A stretch of DNA of 64,000 nucleotides from Chitinophagaceae bacterium (GCA_051004255.1 JBPCKN010000012.1:23119-87118); one strand, 5' to 3'. Shown: positions 9,494 to 19,638, numbered from the stretch's first letter. Notes: generated from the letters alone by a model not told the origin. Translations and numbers: made by a program.

Positions 9494-10633
9494 ATGAATG
9501 AAAAGGAAACCATAGAAACTAAAAAAGTTTCCGCTCCAAAAAGTGGATTGAAAATAATTATCGCCGGCGGCGGAACAGGCGGACATATTTTTCCTGCCAT
9601 TGCTATTGCAAATACGTTGCGTTCGTTGCAACCTGACATTCAATTTTTATTTGTCGGAGCAAAAGGTAAAATGGAAATGGAACGCGTTCCGCAAGCCGGT
9701 TATGAAATAAAAGGTATTGACATTGCAGGTTACGACAGAAGTTCTTTGTTTAAAAATATTTTATTGCCCTATAAATTAATCAAAAGTTTTTTCCAGGTTC
9801 GTAAAATTGTAAACAGTTACAAACCAAACGCAGCAATAGGTGTAGGTGGCTACTCGAGTTTCCCGGTGTTGAGATATGCACAAAGCAAACGCATTCCAAC
9901 ATTCATTCACGAGAGTAATTCATTCGCCGGAAAAAGCAATATTTTATTGGGAAAAAAAGCAATAAAAATTTTTGTTGCAAGCGATGGAATGGAAAAATTC
10001 TTTCCCAAAGAAAAGATAATTATTAGCGGAAATCCGGTGCGAAAATCAATTGCAAATTCAACCATAATAAAAAGCGAGGCAATAAAATTTTTCAAATTAG
10101 ATGAAACAAAAAAAACAATTCTTATCGTCGGCGGCAGCCTAGGTGCAAAAAGTATTAACGATGTTATCTCATCACACATTGCAGAATTTGAGCACTTAAA
10201 TCTGCAACTCATTTGGCAAACAGGAAAAACAAATGCAGATAGTTATATTAAAACAGCAAAACCGTTTAGCAATGTTTGGGTAAACAATTTTATTACCGAA
10301 ATGGATAAAGCTTATGCAGCCGCAGACATAGTGGTATCAAGAGCTGGCGCAATGGCGGTAACAGAATTATGTGTTGCAAAAAAGCCTGTAATATTTGTGC
10401 CTTATCCGTTTGCAAGCGAAGACCATCAAACAAAAAATGCAATGTATTTGGTTGATAAAAGAGCAGCATTTATTGTAAAAGATAATGAAGTGCGGGGGAA
10501 ATTATTTCCAAGAATTACAAATCTTGTTTTTAATGATGCAAAGCAGGAAGAGCTACAAAAAAACATAGGCGAATTAGCAATAAAAAATGCGGATGAAACT
10601 ATTGCAAAAGAAATTTTGAAAGACATTCAATGA
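9494..10633 (+). CDS. murG: UDP-GlcNAc:lipid I N-acetylglucosaminyltransferase
   Basis: GGGTGGHIFPAIA motif and the dcw position. Confidence 0.9.
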   Translation: MNEKETIETKKVSAPKSGLKIIIAGGGTGGHIFPAIAIANTLRSLQPDIQFLFVGAKGKMEMERVPQAGYEIKGIDIAGYDRSSLFKNILLPYKLIKSFFQVRKIVNSYKPNAAIGVGGYSSFPVLRYAQSKRIPTFIHESNSFAGKSNILLGKKAIKIFVASDGMEKFFPKEKIIISGNPVRKSIANSTIIKSEAIKFFKLDETKKTILIVGGSLGAKSINDVISSHIAEFEHLNLQLIWQTGKTNADSYIKTAKPFSNVWVNNFITEMDKAYAAADIVVSRAGAMAVTELCVAKKPVIFVPYPFASEDHQTKNAMYLVDKRAAFIVKDNEVRGKLFPRITNLVFNDAKQEELQKNIGELAIKNADETIAKEILKDIQ

Positions 10634-12000
10634 ACGAATTAACTAACATAAAAAATATTTATTTTATTGGCATCGGTGGCATTGGTATGAGTGCACTTGC
10701 ACGTTATTTCCATAGCCATGGCTCAACTGTTAGCGGTTACGACAGAACGCAAACTCCGCTCACCATTCGATTAGAACAATTGGGAATTGATATTCATTAT
10801 GAAGAAAACGTTGAGATTATTCCAAAAGATGCAGACTTAATTGTGTACACTCCCGCAATCCCTGCGAATCATGCGGAACTTGTTTATTATCGCGAGCATA
10901 ATTATGAAGTTGCAAAACGCAGCGATGTTTTGCAAATCATCACAGAAAATAGTTTCAACATTTGTGTTGCCGGTACGCATGGGAAAACTACCATTACTAC
11001 AATGATCGCACATATTTTGCGCGACACAGGCTTTGGCTGTAATGCCTTCCTGGGTGGCATTTCAGCAAATTATAATACAAATTTCTGGAGCAGCGAAAAC
11101 AATGTTTGCGTTGTTGAGGCGGATGAATATGACCGTTCATTTTTAAAATTATCCCCTGATATGGCCATCATCACTGCAATGGATCCTGACCATTTGGATA
11201 TTTACGGAACGGGTGAAGAAGTTGAAAATGCGTTCATTCAATTTTCTAAAAAAATAAAATTAAACGGTTGTTTAATCAGCAAGTATGGTTTAATAAGAAG
11301 TGATGAATTAAATGCAACAACGCATTACACTTACAGTTTCGACAATAAAAATGCAGATGCATTTGCAACGAATATAATTGTTGAAAACGGCTCGTACTGT
11401 TTTGATGTAATTCACAAAGAATGGAGTTTAAAAAATATTATTCTGCACATGGGCGGCTTGCACAATATTGAAAATAGTGTAGCTGCAATTACTGTTGCAA
11501 AGTATTTACAAATTGATAATGAAGCAATAAAAAAAGCAATTGAAAATTTTGCAGGAGTAAAGCGCAGGTTTGAATATATTTTAAAAAATGATAATCATAT
11601 TTTGATTGATGATTATGCGCATCATCCTGAAGAAATAAAAGCATTATTAACAGGTGTGCGCAGTTTGTATAATCATCATAAAAAATGTATAGTTATTTTT
11701 CAACCGCATCTTTATTCGCGAACAAATGATTTGGCTGATGAGTTTGCAAAAAGTTTGGATTTGGCTGATGAAGTATTTCTATTGCCAATTTATCCTGCAA
11801 GAGAATTACCGATGGAAGGTGTAACGAGCGAAATGATTTTAAACAAAATGAAATTAAAGAACAAAAAAATTTTATCAAACACCGAAATGCTTGAATGGGT
11901 TAAAAAAGAAAAACCAAATTTATTAATCATGTGCGGCGCCGGTGATATTGATGCATTGGTTGAACCGGTAAAAGAAATTTTAATAAACAAAAATGTTTAA
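10630..12000 (+). CDS. murC: UDP-N-acetylmuramate:L-alanine ligase
   Basis: GIGGIGMSALA and GTHGKTT motifs. It overlaps the murG stop by 4 nt. Confidence 0.92.
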   Translation: MNELTNIKNIYFIGIGGIGMSALARYFHSHGSTVSGYDRTQTPLTIRLEQLGIDIHYEENVEIIPKDADLIVYTPAIPANHAELVYYREHNYEVAKRSDVLQIITENSFNICVAGTHGKTTITTMIAHILRDTGFGCNAFLGGISANYNTNFWSSENNVCVVEADEYDRSFLKLSPDMAIITAMDPDHLDIYGTGEEVENAFIQFSKKIKLNGCLISKYGLIRSDELNATTHYTYSFDNKNADAFATNIIVENGSYCFDVIHKEWSLKNIILHMGGLHNIENSVAAITVAKYLQIDNEAIKKAIENFAGVKRRFEYILKNDNHILIDDYAHHPEEIKALLTGVRSLYNHHKKCIVIFQPHLYSRTNDLADEFAKSLDLADEVFLLPIYPARELPMEGVTSEMILNKMKLKNKKILSNTEMLEWVKKEKPNLLIMCGAGDIDALVEPVKEILINKNV

Positions 12001-12982
12001 GCAAGGCTTTAAAATACTGATGTGGGGCGGATTTGGAACAGCAACGGTTTTGTTGCTGGTTGCTGCTATGCAACAAAAAGAGCACAAGCCTTGCAGCGCA
12101 ATAAACATTGAAATTAACAGCACAAAAAATAATGCGTTTATTGATGAAAAAGAAGTTGCGCAACTTTTAAAATCAAACGGCGCGTTGGTTGGTAAAGATA
12201 TTTCAACAATTAATTTAAGAAATATTGAAAGCAATTTATCAAAAGATGCATGGATAAAAAATGCTGAATTGTTCTTTGACAACAATCAAATATTACAAGT
12301 AAAAATTGAAGAGCGCGAGCCGCTTGCAAGAATTTTTAGTTTGGAAGGAAATTCGTTTTATATTGATAGCAGTGGATTACGGCTGCCTTTGAGTGAGCAG
12401 CAAACGGCACGGGTTCCTGTGTTCACATCGTTTACTTCGGATAGAAAAATTTTATCTGCACCGGATAGCTCCTTGCTGAATGATGTAAAAAATATTGCAT
12501 CATTTATTGGGGAAGATTCTTTTTGGAGTGCGCAGATTTCTCAGATAAATATTACCCCACAACGAACTTTTGAAATGGTGCCTGTAATCGGAAATCAAAT
12601 TATTGAAATTGGAAATGCAGATAGTTTACAAAGCAAGTTTGACCGCTTGTTTAGTTTTTATAAAAATGTTTTTACTAAATCCGGATTTGAAAAATATGAA
12701 AAAATTGATGTGCAGTTCGATGGACAAGTTGTTGCAACATTACGTGGCGTAAAAAGTTCTTTAATAGATTCTTCAAAAGCGATGCATCAATTAAACAACA
12801 GTGCTTCCAAAATGAATTCGCTGCTGAATGATACAACTTATGCAGCACCGGTGATTTCTGTAAAAGATACGTCATTGCGAGGAGGAACGACGAAGCAATC
12901 TGTTACATTTAAAACAAAGCCAGCAGTTAAAATACAGGCTGGGAAAGGATTACAACAGGTAAGAAACCGAAAGCGGTGTTGA
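11993..12982 (+). CDS. ftsQ: FtsQ-like division protein whose C-terminal tail reads through a repeat
   Basis: Single N-terminal TM helix with a POTRA-like region, positioned between murC and ftsA. The tail codons SLRGGTTKQS are encoded by a 32-nt repeat arm also found at 39065, so the true stop or functional end is uncertain. Confidence 0.7.
   Translation: MFKQGFKILMWGGFGTATVLLLVAAMQQKEHKPCSAINIEINSTKNNAFIDEKEVAQLLKSNGALVGKDISTINLRNIESNLSKDAWIKNAELFFDNNQILQVKIEEREPLARIFSLEGNSFYIDSSGLRLPLSEQQTARVPVFTSFTSDRKILSAPDSSLLNDVKNIASFIGEDSFWSAQISQINITPQRTFEMVPVIGNQIIEIGNADSLQSKFDRLFSFYKNVFTKSGFEKYEKIDVQFDGQVVATLRGVKSSLIDSSKAMHQLNNSASKMNSLLNDTTYAAPVISVKDTSLRGGTTKQSVTFKTKPAVKIQAGKGLQQVRNRKRC
12871..12902 (+). 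repeat. Single arm of the GTCATTGCGAGG hairpin repeat inside the ftsQ ORF tail
   Basis: GTCATTGCGAGGAGGAACGACGAAGCAATCTG is identical (32/32) to 39065-39096. Confidence 0.9.
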
Positions 12983-13222
12983 AGAAACATTCATGAATGA
13001 GTAACGATTAATGAGTAATGATGAATTAAAATGAATAATAAGCGATTTGCAATTAACGATTAACTATTAACAAATAACTATTAACAAAAAACTCAACACA
13101 TTAATTCAAAATAAAAATCAAATATTATGAAAACAATTTTGATGATAATTAATAAAGCGAAAGATATTTTAAATGATGATGTTAGAATTCCGAAAGCTAA
13201 AAAGATGATTAAAGAACAAACT

Positions 13223-13281
13223 GTACAAGAGTGCGACGCAAGGAACGATGCTATGAAAAACAAAAGCTGGTCTCATAAAAA
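13223..13281 (+). repeat. Bipartite intergenic element, copy E (core-first; 56 nt before the ftsA ATG)
   Basis: GTACAAGAGTGCGACGCAAGGAACGATGCTATGAAAAACAAAAGCTGGTCTCATAAAAA. Confidence 0.9.
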
Positions 13282-13337
13282 TTCTTATAAAATAATTAGC
13301 GAATAAAATTTTTGAACAAACAACTAAAATAAATATT

Positions 13338-14714
13338 ATGAACCTGAATGAAGCGCCCATAATTGTGGGCCTCGATATTGGTACTACGAAAATTGCTGCG
13401 ATTGCCGGACGAAAAAATGAATTTGGTAAACTTGAAATTTTGGGCTTTGGCCGCGCACCAAGCAACGGCGTGCAACACGGGCAGGTGCTGAACATTGATC
13501 AAACGATTAAAGCGATACAACATGCGTTGCAAAATTGCAGCGACAGTAACCCAGATCTTGAAATTAAAGAAGTGTATGTTGGCGTTGCGGGTCATCACAT
13601 TAAAAGCCTTCAAACCCGCGGTGACATTGTGCGACAGGACTCTGACACCGAAATTCAACGCTGGGAAATTGACCAGTTAATTGAGAATCAGCGCAAGACT
13701 TTTATTCCGGCGGGCGACCAAATAATTGATGTTATTCCGCAGGATTTTCATGTGGATAATTTTCAAAATATTAAAGATCCGATTGGTTACAATGGCGTAA
13801 AAGTTGGCGCAAATTTTCACATAATAACCGGCGACAGAAATGCGATTCGCAACATCAATCGCGCGGTTGAAAGAAGCGGATTAAAAACAAAAGATTTAGT
13901 GTTGCAACCTTTGGCATCGGCATCTGCTGTGATGAGTGAAATTGACATGGAAGCCGGCGTTGCGATTCTTGACATCGGCGGCGGAACGAGCGACCTTGCA
14001 GTTTTTTATGAAGGAATTTTAAAACACACTGCGGTAATTCCTTTCGGCGGCGAAAATATTACGAACGATATTCGGATGGGTTTGAGTGTTTTAAAAAGTC
14101 AGGCAGAATTGATGAAAGTTCAGTTCGGAAGCGCACTTGCAGACGAAGCAAAAGCGAATGCATTTATTACAATCCCTGGATTGAAAGGAATGCAGGCAAA
14201 AGAAATAAGCGTAAAAAATCTAGCGAATATTATTCAGGCACGTATGAGTGAAATTTTAGATTTTGTTACGTATCATTTAAAGCAGGTTGGTTTGGATAGC
14301 CGCGCGTTGAACGGTGGCGTAATCCTTACTGGCGGCGGCTCTCAGCTTAAGCATCTTATTCAATTAACAGAATTTGTTACAGGAATCAGTGCAAGAATTG
14401 GTTATCCAAATGAACATCTAGCAGCAAATCATATTGATGAATTAACGAAGCCGATGTATTCAACTTGTATCGGTTTAATCTTGAAAGGTTACAGCGATTA
14501 TGAACATAAGCGAAAAGAATTCGATAATAAATTTAATAAGATTGAAGTGCCCGAAAGTTTAAAAAATCATTTTCAGGAAACCAACGAAAAACTTGCAAGC
14601 AAAGAAGAATTTGTTGACATAAAAAAACGAAAAGGGTTAAGTAATTTCTGGGATAAGTTTAAAGAAAATTTGATTGATTTATTTAAGGAAGAAGGGGATA
14701 TGGAAATTAAATAA
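13338..14714 (+). CDS. ftsA: Actin-like division protein FtsA
   Basis: Phosphate-binding motifs GLDIGTTK and DIGGGTSD, in the dcw position. Confidence 0.93.
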   Translation: MNLNEAPIIVGLDIGTTKIAAIAGRKNEFGKLEILGFGRAPSNGVQHGQVLNIDQTIKAIQHALQNCSDSNPDLEIKEVYVGVAGHHIKSLQTRGDIVRQDSDTEIQRWEIDQLIENQRKTFIPAGDQIIDVIPQDFHVDNFQNIKDPIGYNGVKVGANFHIITGDRNAIRNINRAVERSGLKTKDLVLQPLASASAVMSEIDMEAGVAILDIGGGTSDLAVFYEGILKHTAVIPFGGENITNDIRMGLSVLKSQAELMKVQFGSALADEAKANAFITIPGLKGMQAKEISVKNLANIIQARMSEILDFVTYHLKQVGLDSRALNGGVILTGGGSQLKHLIQLTEFVTGISARIGYPNEHLAANHIDELTKPMYSTCIGLILKGYSDYEHKRKEFDNKFNKIEVPESLKNHFQETNEKLASKEEFVDIKKRKGLSNFWDKFKENLIDLFKEEGDMEIK

Positions 14715-14859
14715 CAAGAAACAAAAATCAAATAACAAAAACATCAGAATACAAAAATTCGAAATCCGAAAAATTAAACCGCAAAACATTAATCGTTAAT
14801 CATTACTAATTACTCATTAAATAAAACAACTAACCACTAATCATTAAATTCAAAAAATC

Positions 14860-16659
14860 ATGATTCATTTTGATCTTCCCAAACAAAAATCATCTATTAT
14901 CAAAGTGCTTGGTGTTGGTGGCGGCGGAAGCAACGCGGTAAACTACATGTTTGCACAAAGTATTGAAGGCGTTGATTTCATTATTTGTAATACTGATGCT
15001 AAAGCTTTGGAGCAAAGTAAAGTGCATAATAAAATTCAACTTGGTCCGCATCTTACGCAAGGACTTGGCGCCGGCGCAAATCCTGAAGTTGGTAAACAAG
15101 CAACTGAAGAATCTTTGGAAGAAATAAAAAAGATTTTGGAAGTGAATACCAAGATGGCTTTCATTTGCGCGGGAATGGGCGGCGGCACCGGAACAGGCGG
15201 CGCACCAATCATTGCAAAAATTTGTCGTGATTTAGGAATTCTAACCGTTGCAATTGTTACAACGCCTTTTGGTTTTGAAGGTCCGCGCAGACATTTGCAG
15301 GCTGAAACCGGCATCAAACAATTGGAGCCTTTGGTGGATACTTTGCTTGTAATCAGCAACGATAAATTGCGCGTTCAATATGGCAATTTAAAAATGAAAG
15401 AAGCTTTCAGCAAAGCCGATAATGTACTTGCAACTGCTGCAAAATGTATCACTGATATTATCAACAGCCGCGGGCATATTATTGTTGACTTTGCTGATGT
15501 GTGCACTGTAATGAAAAATGGTGGTGTTGCAATTTTGGGCAGCTCTGCTGTTGACGGTGAAAACCGCGCCCAGCGTGCAATTGAAGAGGCGTTGAATTCA
15601 CCATTATTAAATGATAGTGATATTCGCGGAGCGAAATGGATACTTATAAATATTAACAGCGCTGAGGGTGAACATGAATGCACGATGGATGAATTGGAAA
15701 TTATCAATAATTATATGCGCATGCAAGCTGGCGAAAGTACAGATGTAATTGTTGGAATGGGTTATGATAATTCTTTGGAAGGAAAAATTGGTATCACATT
15801 AATTGCAACCGGTTTTGAACATAAAGATCCGTTTACAAAACAACCTCAGCAAGAAAAGAAAGTTGTGGTAAAAGAAGAAAAAATTATTATGACATTGGGT
15901 ATTGAAGGCGAAGAAAAAAAATTATACAATCAACAGCCATTGCCGTTTGAAGATAAAGACCCGTTCGCACCAAAATTGAAAGAAGAAAAAGAAGAAGCAG
16001 TTCCATCTTTGATGATGTTTGCAGAAGAAAAGATTACAACTTCAATTAAAGAAGATAAAAAAATTGTTCACTTTGAATTAAAGCAGGAAGTTGCTGAAAC
16101 GCAGGCTGCGCCTGAGAAATTTGAAGAGCCCGAAATAAAACAAATAGAACAAACAGAAGTTAGTCATGTAAGTTTTTTGCATAAACCTTCAAAAATTTAT
16201 GCTGAAATTTCAAAACAAGAATCAATAAAACAGCAAGAAATTCCTCAGCAAAAAATTTCTATTCAACAACCGGTTCAACCAAAAATTGAAGAACCGGAAG
16301 AAACAGAAATGCAATTAATAATTAAAGAAGAAAAAACAGTTGAACAAAATATTACTGCATCTCCAAATGTTGTTGCAGCGATGGAAAAAAGCTCGAATGA
16401 AGATGAAGAACAACGCCGTCGTGCTGCAGAGCGAATTCAAAAATTACGTAATCTTTCTTTCAACATGAATTCATCTGACCCCGGCAGTACAGAGTTTGAT
16501 GCAGTGCCCGCTTACGTGCGAAGAAACATGGATTTATTTGGCAACACGCTTACATCAGTAGAAAATTTTTACAGCAAATACACCGTAAAAAAAGATGAGA
16601 ATAACGAAACAAAAATTTCAACACTCAACACTTTTTTAGACGGTAAAAAACCTGATTAA
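14860..16659 (+). CDS. ftsZ: Tubulin-like division GTPase FtsZ with a long E/K/Q-rich linker
   Basis: GVGGGGSNAV and the tubulin signature GGGTGTGGAP. The C-terminal anchor peptide VPAYVRRN follows a ~230-aa low-complexity linker. Confidence 0.95.
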   Translation: MIHFDLPKQKSSIIKVLGVGGGGSNAVNYMFAQSIEGVDFIICNTDAKALEQSKVHNKIQLGPHLTQGLGAGANPEVGKQATEESLEEIKKILEVNTKMAFICAGMGGGTGTGGAPIIAKICRDLGILTVAIVTTPFGFEGPRRHLQAETGIKQLEPLVDTLLVISNDKLRVQYGNLKMKEAFSKADNVLATAAKCITDIINSRGHIIVDFADVCTVMKNGGVAILGSSAVDGENRAQRAIEEALNSPLLNDSDIRGAKWILININSAEGEHECTMDELEIINNYMRMQAGESTDVIVGMGYDNSLEGKIGITLIATGFEHKDPFTKQPQQEKKVVVKEEKIIMTLGIEGEEKKLYNQQPLPFEDKDPFAPKLKEEKEEAVPSLMMFAEEKITTSIKEDKKIVHFELKQEVAETQAAPEKFEEPEIKQIEQTEVSHVSFLHKPSKIYAEISKQESIKQQEIPQQKISIQQPVQPKIEEPEETEMQLIIKEEKTVEQNITASPNVVAAMEKSSNEDEEQRRRAAERIQKLRNLSFNMNSSDPGSTEFDAVPAYVRRNMDLFGNTLTSVENFYSKYTVKKDENNETKISTLNTFLDGKKPD

Positions 16660-16680
16660 GCAACCGTGGTTTTAGTTGTT

Positions 16681-16714
16681 ATCCCTTCAACCTAAAAAAT
16701 TGAGGGGATTTTTG
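16681..16714 (+). terminator. Rho-independent terminator after ftsZ
   Basis: ATCCCTTCAA / TTGAGGGGAT stem with one G-U pair and a 9-nt loop, followed by TTTTT. It starts 22 nt after the ftsZ stop. Confidence 0.65.
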
Positions 16715-16816
16715 AGAGCTGCCTTTTCCTTTAAATTAAACCCCTTGAAGAATCAAGGTTTATCGCGTGGCAATTTTACTTTATATTGTAATACAAATTT
16801 CGTAGCTCAGTAGCCT

Positions 16817-18469
16817 TCATTTTTTTCCATACACTTCAAGCATTTTTTTAAGATCATCGAGTGTATTTATTTCCTCAGGTTTTTTATCTTTTCTCCACCG
16901 GTTAATGCGCGGAAACCTAAGCGCCACACCGCTTTTATGACGATGGCTTGCAGCAATGCCTTCAAATGCAATTTCGAAAACAAGCTCCGGTTTAACTGTT
17001 CTAACAGGTCCAAATTTTTCGATAGAATTTCTTCTTACAAAATTATCAACCTGTACAAATTCTTTATCTGTTAAACCGGAATATGCTTTTGTAAAAATTA
17101 CAAAATTATTGCCATCTTTTACTGCAAATGTATAATCAGTATAAAGATTGCTTCTTCTTCCGCTGCCTTTTTGCGCATATACCATCACTGCATCAATTGT
17201 GAACGGATCAATTTTCCATTTCCACCAATCGCCCGTTTTTCTTCCAACCTGGTAAATAGATGATTTTTTTTTCAACATCATTCCTTCGGCAAAAAAATTT
17301 CTCGATTGCTTTCTTAATTCGCCTAATTCTTCCCACGAATTATATTCGATAATTGGAGAGATTTGTAAAATGAAACTGCTGCACTTTTCAACAATTTCCT
17401 CTAATTTTTTTCTGCGCCATTCAAGTTGCTTTTCTCTCCAGTCTTCATAATTAAATTCCAATAAATCATAAGCAAAAAAAATAATTGGCGCTTCCTGCAA
17501 ATTTTTCTTGGTAATATTTTTTCTTCCAATTCTTGTTTGCAACAATGCAAACGAAAGTGGCTTTCCTTCAGCGCCAGGAATAATTTCTCCGTCAAGTACA
17601 ACACCATCCGGCAAGCAATGTTTTAATATTTGATATTCAGGAAATTTATCTGTCATTAATTCTTCACCGCGGCTCCAAACAAACAATTCATTATTGCGTT
17701 TGATAATTTGCCCGCGAATGCCATCCCATTTCCATTCTGCTTGCCACTCTTGCGGCAAACCCAGTGTTTGCGGCTCTTCCTGCAGTGCATACGCTAAATA
17801 AAATGGATAAGGTTTTGAATGATCAACCGCCCCATGTTCACTCAATAATCCTTCAAAAGCTACGGTTGACGGATCCCAGTTTCCGCTGATGCGATGCGCA
17901 ATTTTTGAAGGCTCGAGCGATGCAATTTTTGCAAGCGCATTCACCATTAATTTTTGTGAAACACCGATTCTAAAATTTCCGCTAAATAATTTGTTGAATA
18001 CAAATCTTTCTTCGCGCGTCATCTGCATCCAGCAATCAATTACAAATTGTTTTTTTATTTGTTCAGATTGTTTCTCTATTTCAATAAATTTTTCAAGATA
18101 AAAATATAATGATTTTGACGTTGCTGAAATAACATTAGTGTCGGGTAATAGTAAAGCAATATTTTCCGAAAGGTCGCCAACGGTGTGATAACATTCTGCA
18201 AACAACCATCCGGGAATTTGCGCAAGTTCGATGCACCATTCCGCTAAAAGTGTTCCGCTGATTGCGCGGCGCGGTCTTCTACCCGAAAACAATGCAATCA
18301 CCCAAACTTTATCTTTATTATTTGCAGTTAAAAAATACTGGCTTAACGCAGCGAGTTTATCTAAAGTTTTTGTGGATGTTCCAAGTGTGTTTACTAATTC
18401 TGCGAAAAGAGCAAGACCCTCTTTTTTTTCTTCCTGCAATAAAATAATATTTTTTTCTAATTCACTCAT
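16817..18469 (-). CDS. ATP-dependent DNA ligase (ligase-associated DNA-damage-response type)
   Basis: Adenylation motif I as EWKWDGIRGQ, 550 aa. Translationally coupled (4-nt overlap) to the upstream MBL exonuclease gene. Confidence 0.85.
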   Translation of the reverse strand: MSELEKNIILLQEEKKEGLALFAELVNTLGTSTKTLDKLAALSQYFLTANNKDKVWVIALFSGRRPRRAISGTLLAEWCIELAQIPGWLFAECYHTVGDLSENIALLLPDTNVISATSKSLYFYLEKFIEIEKQSEQIKKQFVIDCWMQMTREERFVFNKLFSGNFRIGVSQKLMVNALAKIASLEPSKIAHRISGNWDPSTVAFEGLLSEHGAVDHSKPYPFYLAYALQEEPQTLGLPQEWQAEWKWDGIRGQIIKRNNELFVWSRGEELMTDKFPEYQILKHCLPDGVVLDGEIIPGAEGKPLSFALLQTRIGRKNITKKNLQEAPIIFFAYDLLEFNYEDWREKQLEWRRKKLEEIVEKCSSFILQISPIIEYNSWEELGELRKQSRNFFAEGMMLKKKSSIYQVGRKTGDWWKWKIDPFTIDAVMVYAQKGSGRRSNLYTDYTFAVKDGNNFVIFTKAYSGLTDKEFVQVDNFVRRNSIEKFGPVRTVKPELVFEIAFEGIAASHRHKSGVALRFPRINRWRKDKKPEEINTLDDLKKMLEVYGKK

Positions 18470-19542
18470 TCCGGAATTTGTTGTTTTTCTTCTGCAGGTA
18501 ATTCAGCAACATTTACATCTTCATCTTCTAAACCAAATTCTGTTTTTACTTCGCCTGCTTCAATTCCATTTTCATTTAAATATCTGCTTAAGGCTGATTG
18601 AAAGCCATGTGTAACAAAAACTTTTTCTGCGCCGGTTGCTTTAATGGTTTGCAATAATCCTTTCCAATCTGCATGATCGCTTAATGCGAAACCAGCGTCA
18701 GCATTGCGTCTGCGAACATTACCACGCACCTGCATCCAGCCACTACAAACACTAATTTCATAAGGAAAAAATCTTTTCATCCATGGAGAATTATCTGCGC
18801 TTGGCGGTGCAATTACAACAGCGCCTTTTAATTTTTCTTTGGGTGTTTCAGGTGTAATTCTCTCAACTGCCGGTAAATTAATTCCTGCTGAAACTATTGC
18901 CTGATGCATGTTCCAAATTGCGCCGTGCACATAAATTTTTTCTGCAACTTGTGATAAAGGTTGTAATAGCCGTTGCGCCTTTCCTAAACTGTAAGCAATT
19001 AAAACACTGGTTATTTTTTGTGATTGATTTTGTTTTATCCAGCGCTGAATATTATCATAAATTATTTGCTGTGGTTTCCAGTTATAAATGGGCAAACCGA
19101 AAGTTGATTCAGTGATAAAAACATTGCATTTAATTGGTTCAAAAATTCCGCTGATATTGTCGTTCTCAATTTTATAATCGCCGCTAATAACCCAAACTTC
19201 GCCGTTATGTTCTACGCGAATTTGCGAAGAGCCAATTATATGCCCGGCAGGATGCAAAGAAATTTTTATGCCATTTATTTCAATCACTTCATTCCATTGA
19301 ATGCTCTGATAATTTCCATCGCCCAAACGCGCTTGCAGCAAAGATTTGGTAAAATGATGACAGAGATAAAATTTATTTCCGGCATGCGCATGATCGCTGT
19401 GTGCATGTGTAATAATTGCTTTTTCTACCGGCTTCCATGGATCAATATAAAAATTTCCGGCAGCACAATAAAGACCTTTATCTGTGAATTCTATGAGCAA
19501 ATTCAATAATTTTGACAATTTAAAAATGAGGTAAGTTTGCAA
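18466..19542 (-). CDS. Metallo-beta-lactamase-fold exonuclease (ligase-associated)
   Basis: HxHxDH motif as ITHAHSDHAH. The two-gene arrangement with an ATP-dependent ligase is typical. Confidence 0.8.
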   Translation of the reverse strand: MQTYLIFKLSKLLNLLIEFTDKGLYCAAGNFYIDPWKPVEKAIITHAHSDHAHAGNKFYLCHHFTKSLLQARLGDGNYQSIQWNEVIEINGIKISLHPAGHIIGSSQIRVEHNGEVWVISGDYKIENDNISGIFEPIKCNVFITESTFGLPIYNWKPQQIIYDNIQRWIKQNQSQKITSVLIAYSLGKAQRLLQPLSQVAEKIYVHGAIWNMHQAIVSAGINLPAVERITPETPKEKLKGAVVIAPPSADNSPWMKRFFPYEISVCSGWMQVRGNVRRRNADAGFALSDHADWKGLLQTIKATGAEKVFVTHGFQSALSRYLNENGIEAGEVKTEFGLEDEDVNVAELPAEEKQQIPE

Positions 19543-19638
19543 AGTTTGATATTAAAATTACCACATTCAATAAAGCAAAATGTAAAAATTTACATTGAAA
19601 AGCTTGTTATTATTTATTAGGTTAAATATAAAATTAAG

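Noticed and set aside
13128-13307. A 59-aa ORF (MKTILMIINK…VQECDARNDAMKNKSW…), and the minus-strand mini-ORFs starting at the ATGAG box of several element copies (MRPAFVFH…, MSALVFHG…, MGRAFVLRG…)
   Set aside because: The apparent peptide similarity only reflects nucleotide identity. Indels in the core put different copies in different frames, and copies occur in both orientations, so a conserved coding function is unlikely.
15840-16659. The very long E/K/Q-rich FtsZ C-terminal region as something unusual
   Set aside because: Long disordered linkers ahead of the conserved C-terminal peptide are common in Bacteroidota FtsZ. The conserved PAYVRR anchor is intact.
16797-16812. The tRNA-like string TCGTAGCTCAGTAGCC (D-arm-like) next to the ligase gene, as a possible tRNA gene or att remnant
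   Set aside because: Only about 12 nt resemble a tRNA D-arm. No acceptor stem, anticodon arm or T-arm can be drawn around it.
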